A DNA stretch of 64,000 bases from Euryarchaeota archaeon SM23-78. GTDB lineage: Archaea; Nanobdellota; Nanobdellia; Woesearchaeales; SM23-78. Both the position numbers and the translations under genes were made by a program. The notes under the pieces are model-generated. The model did no database searches and had not been told where the DNA came from. It saw nothing but the letters and a program-made list of their open reading frames with translations. Shown here piece by piece: positions 10,900-20,781 of this stretch. How positions within the stretch are numbered: position 1 is the stretch's first letter; the number at the start of each line of letters is the position of its first letter. The stretch covers positions 22,224 through 86,223 of the forward strand of contig LSSJ01000002.1 of the NCBI GenBank assembly GCA_001595785.1, written 5' to 3'.

Positions 10900-11943
10900 A
10901 TGGGAGAGGATGCAAAAGATAAAGAAGAGAATGTGTTCATCACAAAAGATGAGAATAAGATAAGCAATCTCTGGGAATTAAGGGATTTTCTTAGCAAAAC
11001 GTCTGATGAAATTTTTACTCGTTATGTTAATGAAGAAAAGAATGATTTTGAGAGTTGGATAAGACACTCTTTAAAAAATCAGGAACTTGCAGACCTTGTA
11101 AGAAAAAAGAAAACCAGAGAAGAGACTGTCCAGATAATTGATTACTTCTTGACCAAGCAAGAACTTGAGAACCCAGAGTCAGAGTTAAGAGAAGAAGAAA
11201 TACCTGAGGTAGAACGAATCAGAATTGGAGTGCCTGGCTTTGACCAACTAATAACTGAGGGCATCCCAAAAGGAAGTTCTGTACTCATAAGCGGAGGCCC
11301 AGGAACTGGCAAGACAACCTTTTGTTTACAAATAATAAAAGAAGCAACTGAAAAAGGAGAAAAATGCCTATACTTAACCTTTGAAGAAGCCCCATTAAAG
11401 CTTAAGCAGCACATGAAGAGTTATGGCTGGGATCCTATCCAGCTTGAAAAAGAAGGCTCATTGATAATAAAAAAGATGCGGCCCTTTGACCTAAGCAGGT
11501 CTGTCGAGGCACTGCTGGCCAAGGCTAGTGGCGAGCTCACAATTGAACTCGATGAAATAGAAGGAGTCATTCCAAAGGATTTTAAGCCTGACAGGATTGT
11601 TCTTGACTCATTATCATCAGTCGCTGCTGCTTTTATTGGCAGAGAAGAAGGTTACAGGATTTATATTGAGCAGTTATTCACTCTTTTTAAGAGTATAGGA
11701 GCAACCTCTTTTCTTATAACAGAAATAGAACAAGAAACATCTAGGTATAGCAGGAGTGGTATTGAGGAATTCCTAGCAGATGCTGTTTTTGTTTTCTACA
11801 ACATTAGAAAAAAGAATGTAAGACTTAATGCCTTGGAAATCCTCAAAATAAGAGGAACCCTTCATCAGAAAAAAATAGTTCCATTTAAGATAATCTCAAA
11901 TCAAGGAATAGTTGTTTACCCACAGGAAGAGGTTTTTACTTAA
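10900..11943 (+). CDS. KaiC-like RecA-superfamily ATPase (single domain) with ~100-aa N-terminal extension
   Basis: Walker A GGPGTGKTTFCLQ. KaiC-like blocks KCLYLTFEE..YGWD, RIVLDSLSS, ATSFLITEIEQE, LADAVFVFY...LKIRG. GAGGTG 8 nt upstream of the ATG. The N-terminal extension shares a module with the C-terminus of 37893-38822. Confidence 0.8.
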   Translation: MGEDAKDKEENVFITKDENKISNLWELRDFLSKTSDEIFTRYVNEEKNDFESWIRHSLKNQELADLVRKKKTREETVQIIDYFLTKQELENPESELREEEIPEVERIRIGVPGFDQLITEGIPKGSSVLISGGPGTGKTTFCLQIIKEATEKGEKCLYLTFEEAPLKLKQHMKSYGWDPIQLEKEGSLIIKKMRPFDLSRSVEALLAKASGELTIELDEIEGVIPKDFKPDRIVLDSLSSVAAAFIGREEGYRIYIEQLFTLFKSIGATSFLITEIEQETSRYSRSGIEEFLADAVFVFYNIRKKNVRLNALEILKIRGTLHQKKIVPFKIISNQGIVVYPQEEVFT

Positions 11944-11951
11944 TCAGTCAA

Positions 11952-14900
11952 ATGTTAAATAAAAAGTTTTTAAACAAAAATATATGTTATCACATCATTA
12001 TTTTAGTTTTAGGAATACCTCTTCTTTTTCCTCTGATAAATGCATTAACAGGTAACTACTCAACAACATCTCCTTTTAGCTGTGGAGCTAATTGTAATTT
12101 GGGGTATGAGCTTTCTGGTCATAACGCAACTTACTGTTACAACAATCCTGTTGAATGCTACAACACAATAGACACTTGTAGAGATGGAACTAATGATGGA
12201 TTTGAATTTGTTAACAACATATTCGTAACAGACCTTAATGATACCAACTTTATAGGAGGCCACACAGTAAATGTAACCGTAGAGTTTGACTGTGACAGTG
12301 ACGGTGATACAATAACTATTTCGTATCATAATGGAACCAGTTTCAGGGTAATACAAGATGACACTTGCTCTGTTGGTGCTTTGGTAAACAAATCATATAG
12401 CTTTGTCCTGGATGAAAATGGAGGAAACCACACAATTAGGGCAGTAATAGTTTATAACGGCGGTACCAACATGATTTGTGGATATAACTATGATACTACT
12501 TTTTCTGACACTGATGATGTTACTTTTTATGTAATTCAAGGACCAGATACTGAGAACCCAAAAGTAAGTGGTGTTAGTCCAAGCCCAGGAACTTCTTATA
12601 ATCAGAACTATGGTTTAATTATACCAATATCTGCTAATATTACTGATGATAGAAATATTAGTATTGTACAGACTCTTGTGGAATGGGATTCATATACTCA
12701 TAGTATCAATCTCGGACATATTAGTGGAAACCTTTATTCAGGAAACTTCACCAATATTACTGAAGTGACCCTTTACAATGTGACCATAATAGCAAATGAT
12801 AGCTCTAATAACATGAACAATACTGAAACCACTTATTTTACAATAAACTCTACAACTAACATTACTATTGTTTCACCTAGCAACAGGCAGGTGCTTCCTT
12901 ATGGAGACATAAACCTCAGATTCACAATTGACTCTGGTTATAACACAGATAAAGCAAGGTACTCTATAGATGCTGGAGCAAACATAACTTTAAATGCAAA
13001 TGACAAATTAAGAGTAAGCTTTATCCAATCAGACCAGAATGCTACAATTGGAGAAGCTGATAATGTATATGACAATCTTTCAATGTCTTTCATACCAACC
13101 GAAAATATGAGCATTGAGTTAGTGGCTATTAGTATTAAAAGGAACGACTCAGGAACTCCTAATTCTCAACTACAGGTAAGAACTGACAGTGGAGGCAGTC
13201 CTTCAAATACAATTCTTGCTACGGGTAGTATTACTAACACCTCTGTTACAGCAAACTACTCCTTTGTAAATATAACCCTTAACACCACGATTAATCTTGC
13301 TATAAATACAACTTACTGGTTGTTTCTGACTCCAAATGGTTCAGCAACTAATTTTTATACTTGGGAGAAAAGCAATGACGGCTTATATGCAAATGGTAAT
13401 TACAGTAATAACAACAGTCTTGACTTGCTGTTCAGAGTGTATGACAGATACAAATATAATACAACTCTTACAAATGTTTCAAAAGGAACACATAAGATAT
13501 TGATCTATGCTAATAGTACAAACATGAGCTCAATAAAATCCCAACTTATCCAGTTTGAAGTTGACAATAGATCACCTAGCATAGGAGCAGTAACATATGT
13601 GCCAAACACAACAGCAGATATGGATCCAAGTATAATGATAAATGTAAGCGTGAATGTGAGTGATGAAGTAGGAATTGTACAAGTACTGCTTCAATATAAG
13701 GAGAGCAATGAAAGCGCTTATCTGAATAATAGTATGCAGAATATAAGCGGAGTATATAAAGGGAATTTTACACCCAACTTTGAGAATAATTGGACTTTTA
13801 GAATCTATGCAAAAGACAGTTCCAACAATACAGCTTATTCAAGTGCAAATATAATAGGGGTTTTATATGAGTACTCTTGGAACCGAACTCCTTCAAGTTT
13901 TAACACAATATCATCTTTCCTTAACACCAACACGACTGTTGGCAATATAACCATTAATAACACGGCAGACATTAACCTGACTATTAACATTTCAAAAACA
14001 ATTTCAACAGTGCCCAGCTTATACTTTAACAACACAAAAGGAAGTCTGGTATTTAATGTGGATTCTGGTAGCACAGCCACTATTAGCGTGACAGCCACGG
14101 GTCAGAGTATTGAATCAGAACAAGAAGTAGGGATAAGAATCGATCCAAGCCAGCCTAGTGCAACACCAGATTACTTACTAACTAACTTTACTTTTATATC
14201 GTATGTATCAGGACCCTACCTTGATATTGATATCACTGAATACGACTCCACAGTAATCCAAGGACAAAAAAGAGTGAAATTAACAGCAACTATCATAAAT
14301 GTAGGTAATGAAAGTGCAAATAATGTTAATGCGCACTGGACCTTGCCAATAGGATGGAATGCTAAGACTAATTTTACAGCCAATTATTCATCTCTTGGAG
14401 TTGGCCAACAAGTAAGCTTTACAAGATATGTTGATATTGGTTCAAGTGCAAGCACAGGCACACAGACCATTAGAATAGATATAAATTGTTCAGAAGGAAA
14501 AAACAGTACTGATTCCAAGAGCGTGAGCGTGAGCAGTAGTGGGGGACAAACTCCAGGCATCATCACCCCAGGCGGGGGTGGAGGTGGTGGAGGTATTATT
14601 TCTGCAGAAATAAGTAAACTAGACATTAGAATTTTGGAGGAAATAGAGATTGAAAGGGGTACCAATTACACCCTGACTGGAACTCTAAAAAATATTGGTG
14701 AATATGATTTAGAAAATTTAAGTATTATCCTTAGTGGATTTCCAATAATACATTACAACATAAAACCTAGTATTATTGACAAACTAAAAGTAAATGATAC
14801 CCAGTTATTTACATTGTTCCTTAATGTGCCTGAATACTTTGGAGGTGGAAAACACGAGACCATCCTTGATGTAAAAACTCTTGCAGGAAATGCGTGGAAA

Positions 14901-15809
14901 GAGTTCAGCAAGAAGATAATTATTATTGTTATCACAGAGGACAAGAAGCAGGCACTTGAATGTGTAGAAAAAACCCAACTAAAGATAGATGAATTACAAA
15001 GTATCGGCTTGAATACTGTAAAATTAAACCAAAAATTAGATGATGCAAAAAGAAATTATAATATCAAGAATTATGCAGATGCAAATAACCTTTGTAAACA
15101 AACATTAAGAGATGCTGAGCTTGCTTTTGATTTAAATGACAGAATAGCCTCTATTAAAAAGGCTTATGCTGAGCTAGAAACAGATATCCCAGAAATAAAG
15201 GAGTTAATCCAACTTATGCAAGAGGCCTTTGAGAGAGAAGATTTTGTCTTGGCGAACACCAGAGCAGAGCAAGCAGAGTTTCTGCTCAGCCTCAAAGAAA
15301 AAGAGATCCAGCAAACCCTACCGTATAAATGGGGGTTGGTAAGAAAGTATTGGGTACAAATAACAGGTGTTTTAATAATGTTAATAATAATAGGAATCTT
15401 TGCTTATTCGTCAACAAATCTTAAGGCAGTAACAAAAAGAATCAAGAACTTGGAAAAACACCATGGCGCGGTGCATAACAAAATAAAGGAAGCGCAACAT
15501 AAGTATTTTGTTAAGAAAGCCTTACCTTCAAGACTTTATAAAAAAGAAATGGAGCATCACAGAAACAGCCTAGCAGATATTGAGAAGAAAAAGCATGAAT
15601 TAAAGATTAAGAGGTTAAAAATAATTAGTGGACGCAGACTTAAAGACTTGGAAAAAACAAGACAAGAAGCTGATGAAAGTAAGAAAGAACTTCACAGGAA
15701 ATATTATGTTCACAAGACAATTGATAAGCAGACTTTTCACAAGCTTAAACTGGGTTTTGATAAAATCATACAAGATATTGAAAAAAGGATTGAGTTGAAA
15801 AAGAAGTAA
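11952..15809 (+). CDS. Large sequon-rich surface protein with C-terminal TM helix and cytoplasmic coiled-coil tail
   Basis: N-terminal hydrophobic segment. Long Asn/Thr/Ser-rich ectodomain with a G8 stretch. TM GVLIMLIIIGIFAYS near the C-terminus followed by a charged coiled-coil tail. 8-nt gap after the KaiC-like gene suggests an operon. Confidence 0.65.
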   Translation: MLNKKFLNKNICYHIIILVLGIPLLFPLINALTGNYSTTSPFSCGANCNLGYELSGHNATYCYNNPVECYNTIDTCRDGTNDGFEFVNNIFVTDLNDTNFIGGHTVNVTVEFDCDSDGDTITISYHNGTSFRVIQDDTCSVGALVNKSYSFVLDENGGNHTIRAVIVYNGGTNMICGYNYDTTFSDTDDVTFYVIQGPDTENPKVSGVSPSPGTSYNQNYGLIIPISANITDDRNISIVQTLVEWDSYTHSINLGHISGNLYSGNFTNITEVTLYNVTIIANDSSNNMNNTETTYFTINSTTNITIVSPSNRQVLPYGDINLRFTIDSGYNTDKARYSIDAGANITLNANDKLRVSFIQSDQNATIGEADNVYDNLSMSFIPTENMSIELVAISIKRNDSGTPNSQLQVRTDSGGSPSNTILATGSITNTSVTANYSFVNITLNTTINLAINTTYWLFLTPNGSATNFYTWEKSNDGLYANGNYSNNNSLDLLFRVYDRYKYNTTLTNVSKGTHKILIYANSTNMSSIKSQLIQFEVDNRSPSIGAVTYVPNTTADMDPSIMINVSVNVSDEVGIVQVLLQYKESNESAYLNNSMQNISGVYKGNFTPNFENNWTFRIYAKDSSNNTAYSSANIIGVLYEYSWNRTPSSFNTISSFLNTNTTVGNITINNTADINLTINISKTISTVPSLYFNNTKGSLVFNVDSGSTATISVTATGQSIESEQEVGIRIDPSQPSATPDYLLTNFTFISYVSGPYLDIDITEYDSTVIQGQKRVKLTATIINVGNESANNVNAHWTLPIGWNAKTNFTANYSSLGVGQQVSFTRYVDIGSSASTGTQTIRIDINCSEGKNSTDSKSVSVSSSGGQTPGIITPGGGGGGGGIISAEISKLDIRILEEIEIERGTNYTLTGTLKNIGEYDLENLSIILSGFPIIHYNIKPSIIDKLKVNDTQLFTLFLNVPEYFGGGKHETILDVKTLAGNAWKEFSKKIIIIVITEDKKQALECVEKTQLKIDELQSIGLNTVKLNQKLDDAKRNYNIKNYADANNLCKQTLRDAELAFDLNDRIASIKKAYAELETDIPEIKELIQLMQEAFEREDFVLANTRAEQAEFLLSLKEKEIQQTLPYKWGLVRKYWVQITGVLIMLIIIGIFAYSSTNLKAVTKRIKNLEKHHGAVHNKIKEAQHKYFVKKALPSRLYKKEMEHHRNSLADIEKKKHELKIKRLKIISGRRLKDLEKTRQEADESKKELHRKYYVHKTIDKQTFHKLKLGFDKIIQDIEKRIELKKK

Positions 15810-15832
15810 TAAAATAAAAAAAGAGGTGAAGA

Positions 15833-17188
15833 GTGAAAGCAATATATATCCTTAAAATACTACTTAAAATATTACTAACCTTAATATTACTAAACTTGGC
15901 AGTAAATCTTTCTATAGCAAAAGAAGAACAAGAACTAAGAACAGAGCTTCTGAAATTAAGTCAGGTAAAGGAGGAAATGATAGCTGCAGGTATGGGCACA
16001 ACCAGAATTGATGATTTAATTACAGAAGGGTTTATACACTTTAATAACAAGAACTATGAAAAGACAAAGGAAATAGTATCCTCTGTTTATGAGTTAAGAG
16101 ATGCTGCTTTCAATATAAAAGAGGAGCTCAAGTTTGTCAACCAGCTTTATCTTGATATTAGAGAGAGAAACATCAGCCTAGGTGATATGAGTATCACCAA
16201 GCTTGAATGGGATTTGGGTTATGTTGAACGAGAGATGGAAAAAGAGAACTATGAAGAGTCATTAGAAATACTGGCAAGGGTAAAAAAAGAATTTCTCGAT
16301 ATTATTTGGAAAGAGTATGACTATCTTAATGAATCTGTTTCAGTAATTGAAGAAAAAATAGGTTTGTTAGGGCTAAGCAAGGCAAGAATAACTACCTTAA
16401 AGAGTCTGTTATCTGAGGCCTTGGAAACAGGAAAACTAAAGGAACTAGAGATTATTAAACAAGAAACAATGGATTTGAATAAGGGCCTGGCTTATTATGA
16501 AGAAATAAAACCATTTATCCCTGTTTTGGAAAGTAAAAACCTTTCTGCGCAGAGGATAAAAGATGAACTCACAGCTGCTGAACTTGAACTTAACTTTGCT
16601 GATTATGAGTCTAGCCTTAGCAGGCTTGAAAGTCTTAGAACTTTGGCAGAGAAAGCTATTCTGCTTGATGAAGAGATTAATGAACTTGAGAAAAAGATTG
16701 TTGATGAAAAAGTCAAGCAAGGATCAAATTCTTATTTAAAAGAAGCAGAAATCATTTTAAAAGAAGCAAAACATGAATTGATTGTTGGAAATTATGAAGG
16801 AGCAGAACAAAAATTGGTTAGTGCAAGAACAAATTTTGAGAGTTTAAAAGCAGAGTTTCTTGTTGAAAGAGCAGGCGCCACTAGTTTTGGTATCAATTTA
16901 AAAGAGTTTGTAAGAAAAAACTGGCTATATATAGTGCTTGTAATCTTAGTAATCCTCTTAGGGCTTAAGTTAACCTCCGGGGCATGGTCTTATGGTTTAG
17001 GAAAAAAAAGAATTGCAAGACTAGAGAAAGAGCTCAAGGTTAATGAGAATATGATTCAGAACCTTCAAAAAGACTATTTTGTTCACAAGAAAATGGCAAG
17101 AGAGAGTTATGATGAGGCGTATGAGTCATTGCAGGAGAAGATAATGAAAATAAAAGATAGGTTATCCCAATTAAATAAGAAGGTTTAA
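15833..17188 (+). CDS. Coiled-coil membrane protein (signal peptide, long helical ectodomain, C-terminal TM, charged tail)
   Basis: GTG start with AGAGGTGA upstream. N-terminal hydrophobic segment. TM LYIVLVILVILLGLKL. Tail organisation resembles the tail of 11952-15809. Confidence 0.55.
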   Translation: MKAIYILKILLKILLTLILLNLAVNLSIAKEEQELRTELLKLSQVKEEMIAAGMGTTRIDDLITEGFIHFNNKNYEKTKEIVSSVYELRDAAFNIKEELKFVNQLYLDIRERNISLGDMSITKLEWDLGYVEREMEKENYEESLEILARVKKEFLDIIWKEYDYLNESVSVIEEKIGLLGLSKARITTLKSLLSEALETGKLKELEIIKQETMDLNKGLAYYEEIKPFIPVLESKNLSAQRIKDELTAAELELNFADYESSLSRLESLRTLAEKAILLDEEINELEKKIVDEKVKQGSNSYLKEAEIILKEAKHELIVGNYEGAEQKLVSARTNFESLKAEFLVERAGATSFGINLKEFVRKNWLYIVLVILVILLGLKLTSGAWSYGLGKKRIARLEKELKVNENMIQNLQKDYFVHKKMARESYDEAYESLQEKIMKIKDRLSQLNKKV

Positions 17189-17236
17189 AAAAGGAAAGAA
17201 TAACTATATTTATTACCTCTGCAGAAGGTAAAAAAA

Positions 17237-17764
17237 ATGGATTTAATAGAAGAAGTAAAGAACAAGCAGATTGTTCTGGTAGTTCTTCCAAAAACCCAGT
17301 ACACAAATAAACTAATAGAAGTAGTCAAAGCAGTTGATGTTGTCTCAAACAAGGTTTGCTATGTATGCCTAAATAAGCCTTATAACAGCATAATAGATAA
17401 TCTTAAAGCCAACAACTTGGACTTGGATAAGTACTTCTTTATTGATGTGCTTACGAGTACTGTGAAAACTCCTGAGCCGACTGATAACTGCGAGTTTGTA
17501 CAGTCACCTAGTGCTTTGACTGATATAAGCCTTGCATTTACAAAAGCAGTGCAGGAAATGAACTGCAACAATGTATTGTTCGATGCAATCTCAACACTTA
17601 CAATCTACCAAGACATAGGAGAGATTATCAAGTTCACCCAAAACCTGATGACCAAGGCAAGAGTGAGCGGAGTGAAATCAGTATATATAGCCTTAAAAGA
17701 AGATAGCGACGAATTAGTGAAGGATCTTACCATGTTTGTTGACGGGGTTGTTGAGTTAGGATGA
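17237..17764 (+). CDS. Walker-A-less KaiC/RecA-fold domain protein (pseudo-ATPase); paralog of 23717-24262
   Basis: KVCYVCLNKPY...DNLKANNLDLD aligns to KaiC KCLYLTFEE...GWD. VLFDAISTL aligns to RIVLDSLSS. DGVVEL aligns to the KaiC DGVI.L block. No GxxGxGK[TS] P-loop. Sits immediately upstream of the Ser/Thr kinase. Confidence 0.55.
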   Translation: MDLIEEVKNKQIVLVVLPKTQYTNKLIEVVKAVDVVSNKVCYVCLNKPYNSIIDNLKANNLDLDKYFFIDVLTSTVKTPEPTDNCEFVQSPSALTDISLAFTKAVQEMNCNNVLFDAISTLTIYQDIGEIIKFTQNLMTKARVSGVKSVYIALKEDSDELVKDLTMFVDGVVELG

Positions 17765-17788
17765 GCTACATTCTACTAATTTTATGCT

Positions 17789-17909
17789 GAAATCTTGTCC
17801 GTCGGCGCCATTGTTTGCATTAGCTACTTTGTTTTTGTAGCTATGCAAAGGCCCGGCGAAGCTTTGTGAGCAGTTTAATAGCGAACAAAGCGGAGTAGGA
17901 CAAGATTTC
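17789..17909. repeat. MITE-like structured repeat, copy 1
   Basis: Perfect 12-bp terminal inverted repeats gaaatcttgtcc / ggacaagatttc. Internal palindrome tgcattagctac...gtagctatgcaa. Shares module gcgaa.caaagc.gagtagg with the copies at 37.6 and 44.1 kb. Confidence 0.55.
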
Positions 17910-17993
17910 AATAATGATTTTATAGCAAGGTTTTTATAGTTTAAATACCCTTCTCTTTTGGAAGGGGTGGGAATACAGGGAAAGGATGCAACA

Positions 17994-20411
17994 ATGGTAG
18001 AAGACATTCTCAAAAAGGAGGATAAACTTTCACCCGGCTATGTTCTAGGAAACAGGTATGAGATATTAGAAGAAATAGGCTTTGGAGGCATGGCTCGTGT
18101 TTATTCTGCTCATGACAAAAAACTTAAGAGAATGGTTGCACTAAAAGTTCTTGACAAAAAATTTTACATGAACGAAGAGTATGTTAAAAGATTTAAAAGA
18201 GAGGCTGAATCCATAGCTAAGCTAGACCATCCAAACATTGCTGAAGTGTATGATATTGATGAACTTGATAATAGGCTTTATATATCCATGAAATATATTC
18301 AAGGAAAAAGCCTTGATAAAATATTAGAGGAACACCACGGATTCTTTGATATAGAAACAGGGTGTGGGGTTGGGCAGAAACTTCTTGATGCACTAACACA
18401 TGCACATAGCCAAGGAGTTATTCATCGTGATATAAAACCGAGTAATGTGATGATTACAGGAGATGCCTGCTTTACATGCGAATGGGACCTTAAAATCTTG
18501 GATTTTGGTATTGCAAAAATACTGGATGATGAGACAATTCATACCCAGTTAACTCAGTACGACACAAGACTGGGCACACCTGAATATATGTCTCCTGAAC
18601 AGATTGATGGCGAGGAAACAACTGGAAAAGAGGATGTTTGGTCAACAGCTGTTATGCTTTATGAAATGCTTACAGGAGGAAGACTGCCTTTTGGTATTGT
18701 AAGAGAGATGAAGTATACAAAGAAGACAAAACAAATAGCATTGGGAGAACTGAAAGGACCACGAAGTATTAACAGTCAGATACCTAAGAATTTAGAAGAT
18801 GTTATTTTGAAAGGGCTTGAAAGAGATATAGATAAAAGGTATGATGCAAAAGAAATGCTTGAGGATATAACCAAATTTCTAAACAAAGAGGAATTTATTG
18901 TTGAAGGAAGTAAAGAAAGAAGAGTTGAGGTGTATGGTAGGCGAGAGTTCTTAAAAAGGATCATCTTATTCGGAGGTGCAGGATTGAGCGTATTAGGAGG
19001 ATCAAGTCTGATAATAATGAATCATATTGATAAGAAAAATTCATTATATCCAACATTTGAAAAGATAAAGAAAGCATCAACCTGGGAGGATTTAAAACCT
19101 ATAATGAAAGAGGTAAGAAACAAGAAATTCAGGTGGGTTCTTAAAAGGTCAAAACATATAAAAAAAGATCCTTTGCAAGACGATGCTACATTTGCGCCTT
19201 TTTCATTTAAAGAAAATAAAGTAGATTATACAGATAATTTGCATTATGGATCTCAGCTTATGAGAGATATTTATGAAATGGGATTTATAGAAACAGGCAA
19301 CCCTGACTTTTTAGAGCAGTTTATAAGGCTCTATGATTTAACCGATTTCAGTAAAACACGCACCTATAAATGTTACTTAGACAGATTTAAAATAAGCTGG
19401 GAAATGTTTCAATTTATGGAAAAAAATGGGTTCAAAGAGACTGCTGGGCTATTAAAAGAGAAAATGGGTTTTGCTGTAGCTGCGCAATTAAAAGAGAGGT
19501 ACCATAAAACTGGGTTCTTTCAGTACTTAAATCCTAGGGATAAAACTTCTACCAAACAATTGCTGCTTGTATACACGCAGATGCACGCAATACCGTTATT
19601 GACTGAAGGCATAAAAATATTTAATCTTGAGAAAGATTTGGGAATAGACCCTGAAGAATATATTAATGCTATAAGAGAGCAAACAAAAACATCAAATAAC
19701 TTGTTGATAGGAAAGGATAATGGGGTGCATTTTGGAGTGTATTTTAATCCATTTACCAAAGAATTAACACAGCTTCTTTTTGAAGCAAAATATGAGATAA
19801 AGGCGTACAGGTCGGATAATATAATCAAGTATCTTAGAGAAGGTTTGGAACCTGTGATCTGGCTGTATTCTACTATTGAATCAGTAGTTAACAGAGATAT
19901 TAAAGGAAACAGCATACAAACACAACTTCAAGAGAATATTATGAAGATATTTCCACAGTATTTAAAAGAAATAAATCAAGCAAAAGTAAAGTTAATCCAA
20001 TCATTTACAAGAATACTGAAGTTTTATAGAAATCATTTAAACAAGAATGGTTTAATTCCAGAGTTTCTTCCTGTTGAAGGTGAACCTATTGAAGGAGACA
20101 ATCCTTTAAACCTGGCATCCACATTTACCTATTTCACCTTTATAAATGATGTGTTAAACAATAAGAGCGTGATGACTCAATACTTACCGCAGGAGATAAA
20201 AAGACAACTTTCCAAAGAAAGAATAACACTGGCTAAAGTAATATATCAAAAGAGCTTTTTTAATAATAAGTTTGATTCATCTAAAAATTTATCTTTCTTA
20301 AAGAATTTGAATTATGAAGAAGAAAACAATAAAAAAGACATGGATAAAGAAGAAAACAAACCAGCCTTGATATATGTTCAAGATGAAAAAGAAGTTCTTA
20401 AAATAAAATAA
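17994..20411 (+). CDS. Hanks-type Ser/Thr protein kinase with TM helix and ~450-aa C-terminal domain of unknown function
   Basis: GFGGMARVY, ALKVL, HRDIKPSNVM, DFGIAK, GTPEYMSPE. TM ILFGGAGLSVLGGSSLIIM after the kinase domain. The track ORF opens with TTG at 17958; ATG at 17994 chosen as start. Confidence 0.8.
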   Translation: MVEDILKKEDKLSPGYVLGNRYEILEEIGFGGMARVYSAHDKKLKRMVALKVLDKKFYMNEEYVKRFKREAESIAKLDHPNIAEVYDIDELDNRLYISMKYIQGKSLDKILEEHHGFFDIETGCGVGQKLLDALTHAHSQGVIHRDIKPSNVMITGDACFTCEWDLKILDFGIAKILDDETIHTQLTQYDTRLGTPEYMSPEQIDGEETTGKEDVWSTAVMLYEMLTGGRLPFGIVREMKYTKKTKQIALGELKGPRSINSQIPKNLEDVILKGLERDIDKRYDAKEMLEDITKFLNKEEFIVEGSKERRVEVYGRREFLKRIILFGGAGLSVLGGSSLIIMNHIDKKNSLYPTFEKIKKASTWEDLKPIMKEVRNKKFRWVLKRSKHIKKDPLQDDATFAPFSFKENKVDYTDNLHYGSQLMRDIYEMGFIETGNPDFLEQFIRLYDLTDFSKTRTYKCYLDRFKISWEMFQFMEKNGFKETAGLLKEKMGFAVAAQLKERYHKTGFFQYLNPRDKTSTKQLLLVYTQMHAIPLLTEGIKIFNLEKDLGIDPEEYINAIREQTKTSNNLLIGKDNGVHFGVYFNPFTKELTQLLFEAKYEIKAYRSDNIIKYLREGLEPVIWLYSTIESVVNRDIKGNSIQTQLQENIMKIFPQYLKEINQAKVKLIQSFTRILKFYRNHLNKNGLIPEFLPVEGEPIEGDNPLNLASTFTYFTFINDVLNNKSVMTQYLPQEIKRQLSKERITLAKVIYQKSFFNNKFDSSKNLSFLKNLNYEEENNKKDMDKEENKPALIYVQDEKEVLKIK

Positions 20412-20424
20412 AAATATAAAAAAT

Positions 20425-20628
20425 TTAAGGACTTCCAGGTGGCTGACAAAGCGGGTCATCGTCAGGGCAGCCTTCGAATGATACTACCTTTCCAAAGCCT
20501 TCTGGTGTTATAGTCGGTGCTTCACTAAGACTTTCGGTGTTCTCGCTTTCCATCAGGAAAGCTCCACCTACACCCAATAGCAAGGCGCAGACTAATAGAG
20601 CTACAGCTACTACTACTATTTTATTCAT
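20425..20628 (-). CDS. Small secreted or lipoprotein-like protein (67 aa)
   Basis: Internal ATG at 20628 preceded by GGGGGTGAAAAT. Signal peptide MNKIVVVAVALLVCALLLGVGGAF. The longer track ORF (20425-20772) has an implausible N-terminus. Confidence 0.4.
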   Translation of the reverse strand: MNKIVVVAVALLVCALLLGVGGAFLMESENTESLSEAPTITPEGFGKVVSFEGCPDDDPLCQPPGSP

Positions 20629-20781
20629 ATTTTCACCCCCATATTGGGACGAAAATAAGAGCTTATTCTTAAAGGCTTCTGAGAAAACAGGATAAAAATC
20701 AGCTTTTTTTATCCAAGCATTATCAATCACAAAGAGATAACACAAAGATTTATAATAAAAAGAAAATATCACTTTTTAGGG

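Noticed and set aside
10881-10922. Upstream ATG with strong AAGGAG ribosome-binding site before the KaiC-like gene
   Set aside because: It opens a 13-codon ORF in a different frame that terminates inside the KaiC-like gene. It is at best a uORF, so the ATG at 10900 is kept as start.
14560-14600. Poly-glycine tract (GGGGGGGG) in 11952-15809 as a slippage-prone phase-variation site
   Set aside because: It is encoded by mixed GGN codons (ggc ggg ggt gga ggt ggt gga ggt) rather than a homopolymer, so slippage is unlikely. It is probably a flexible linker.
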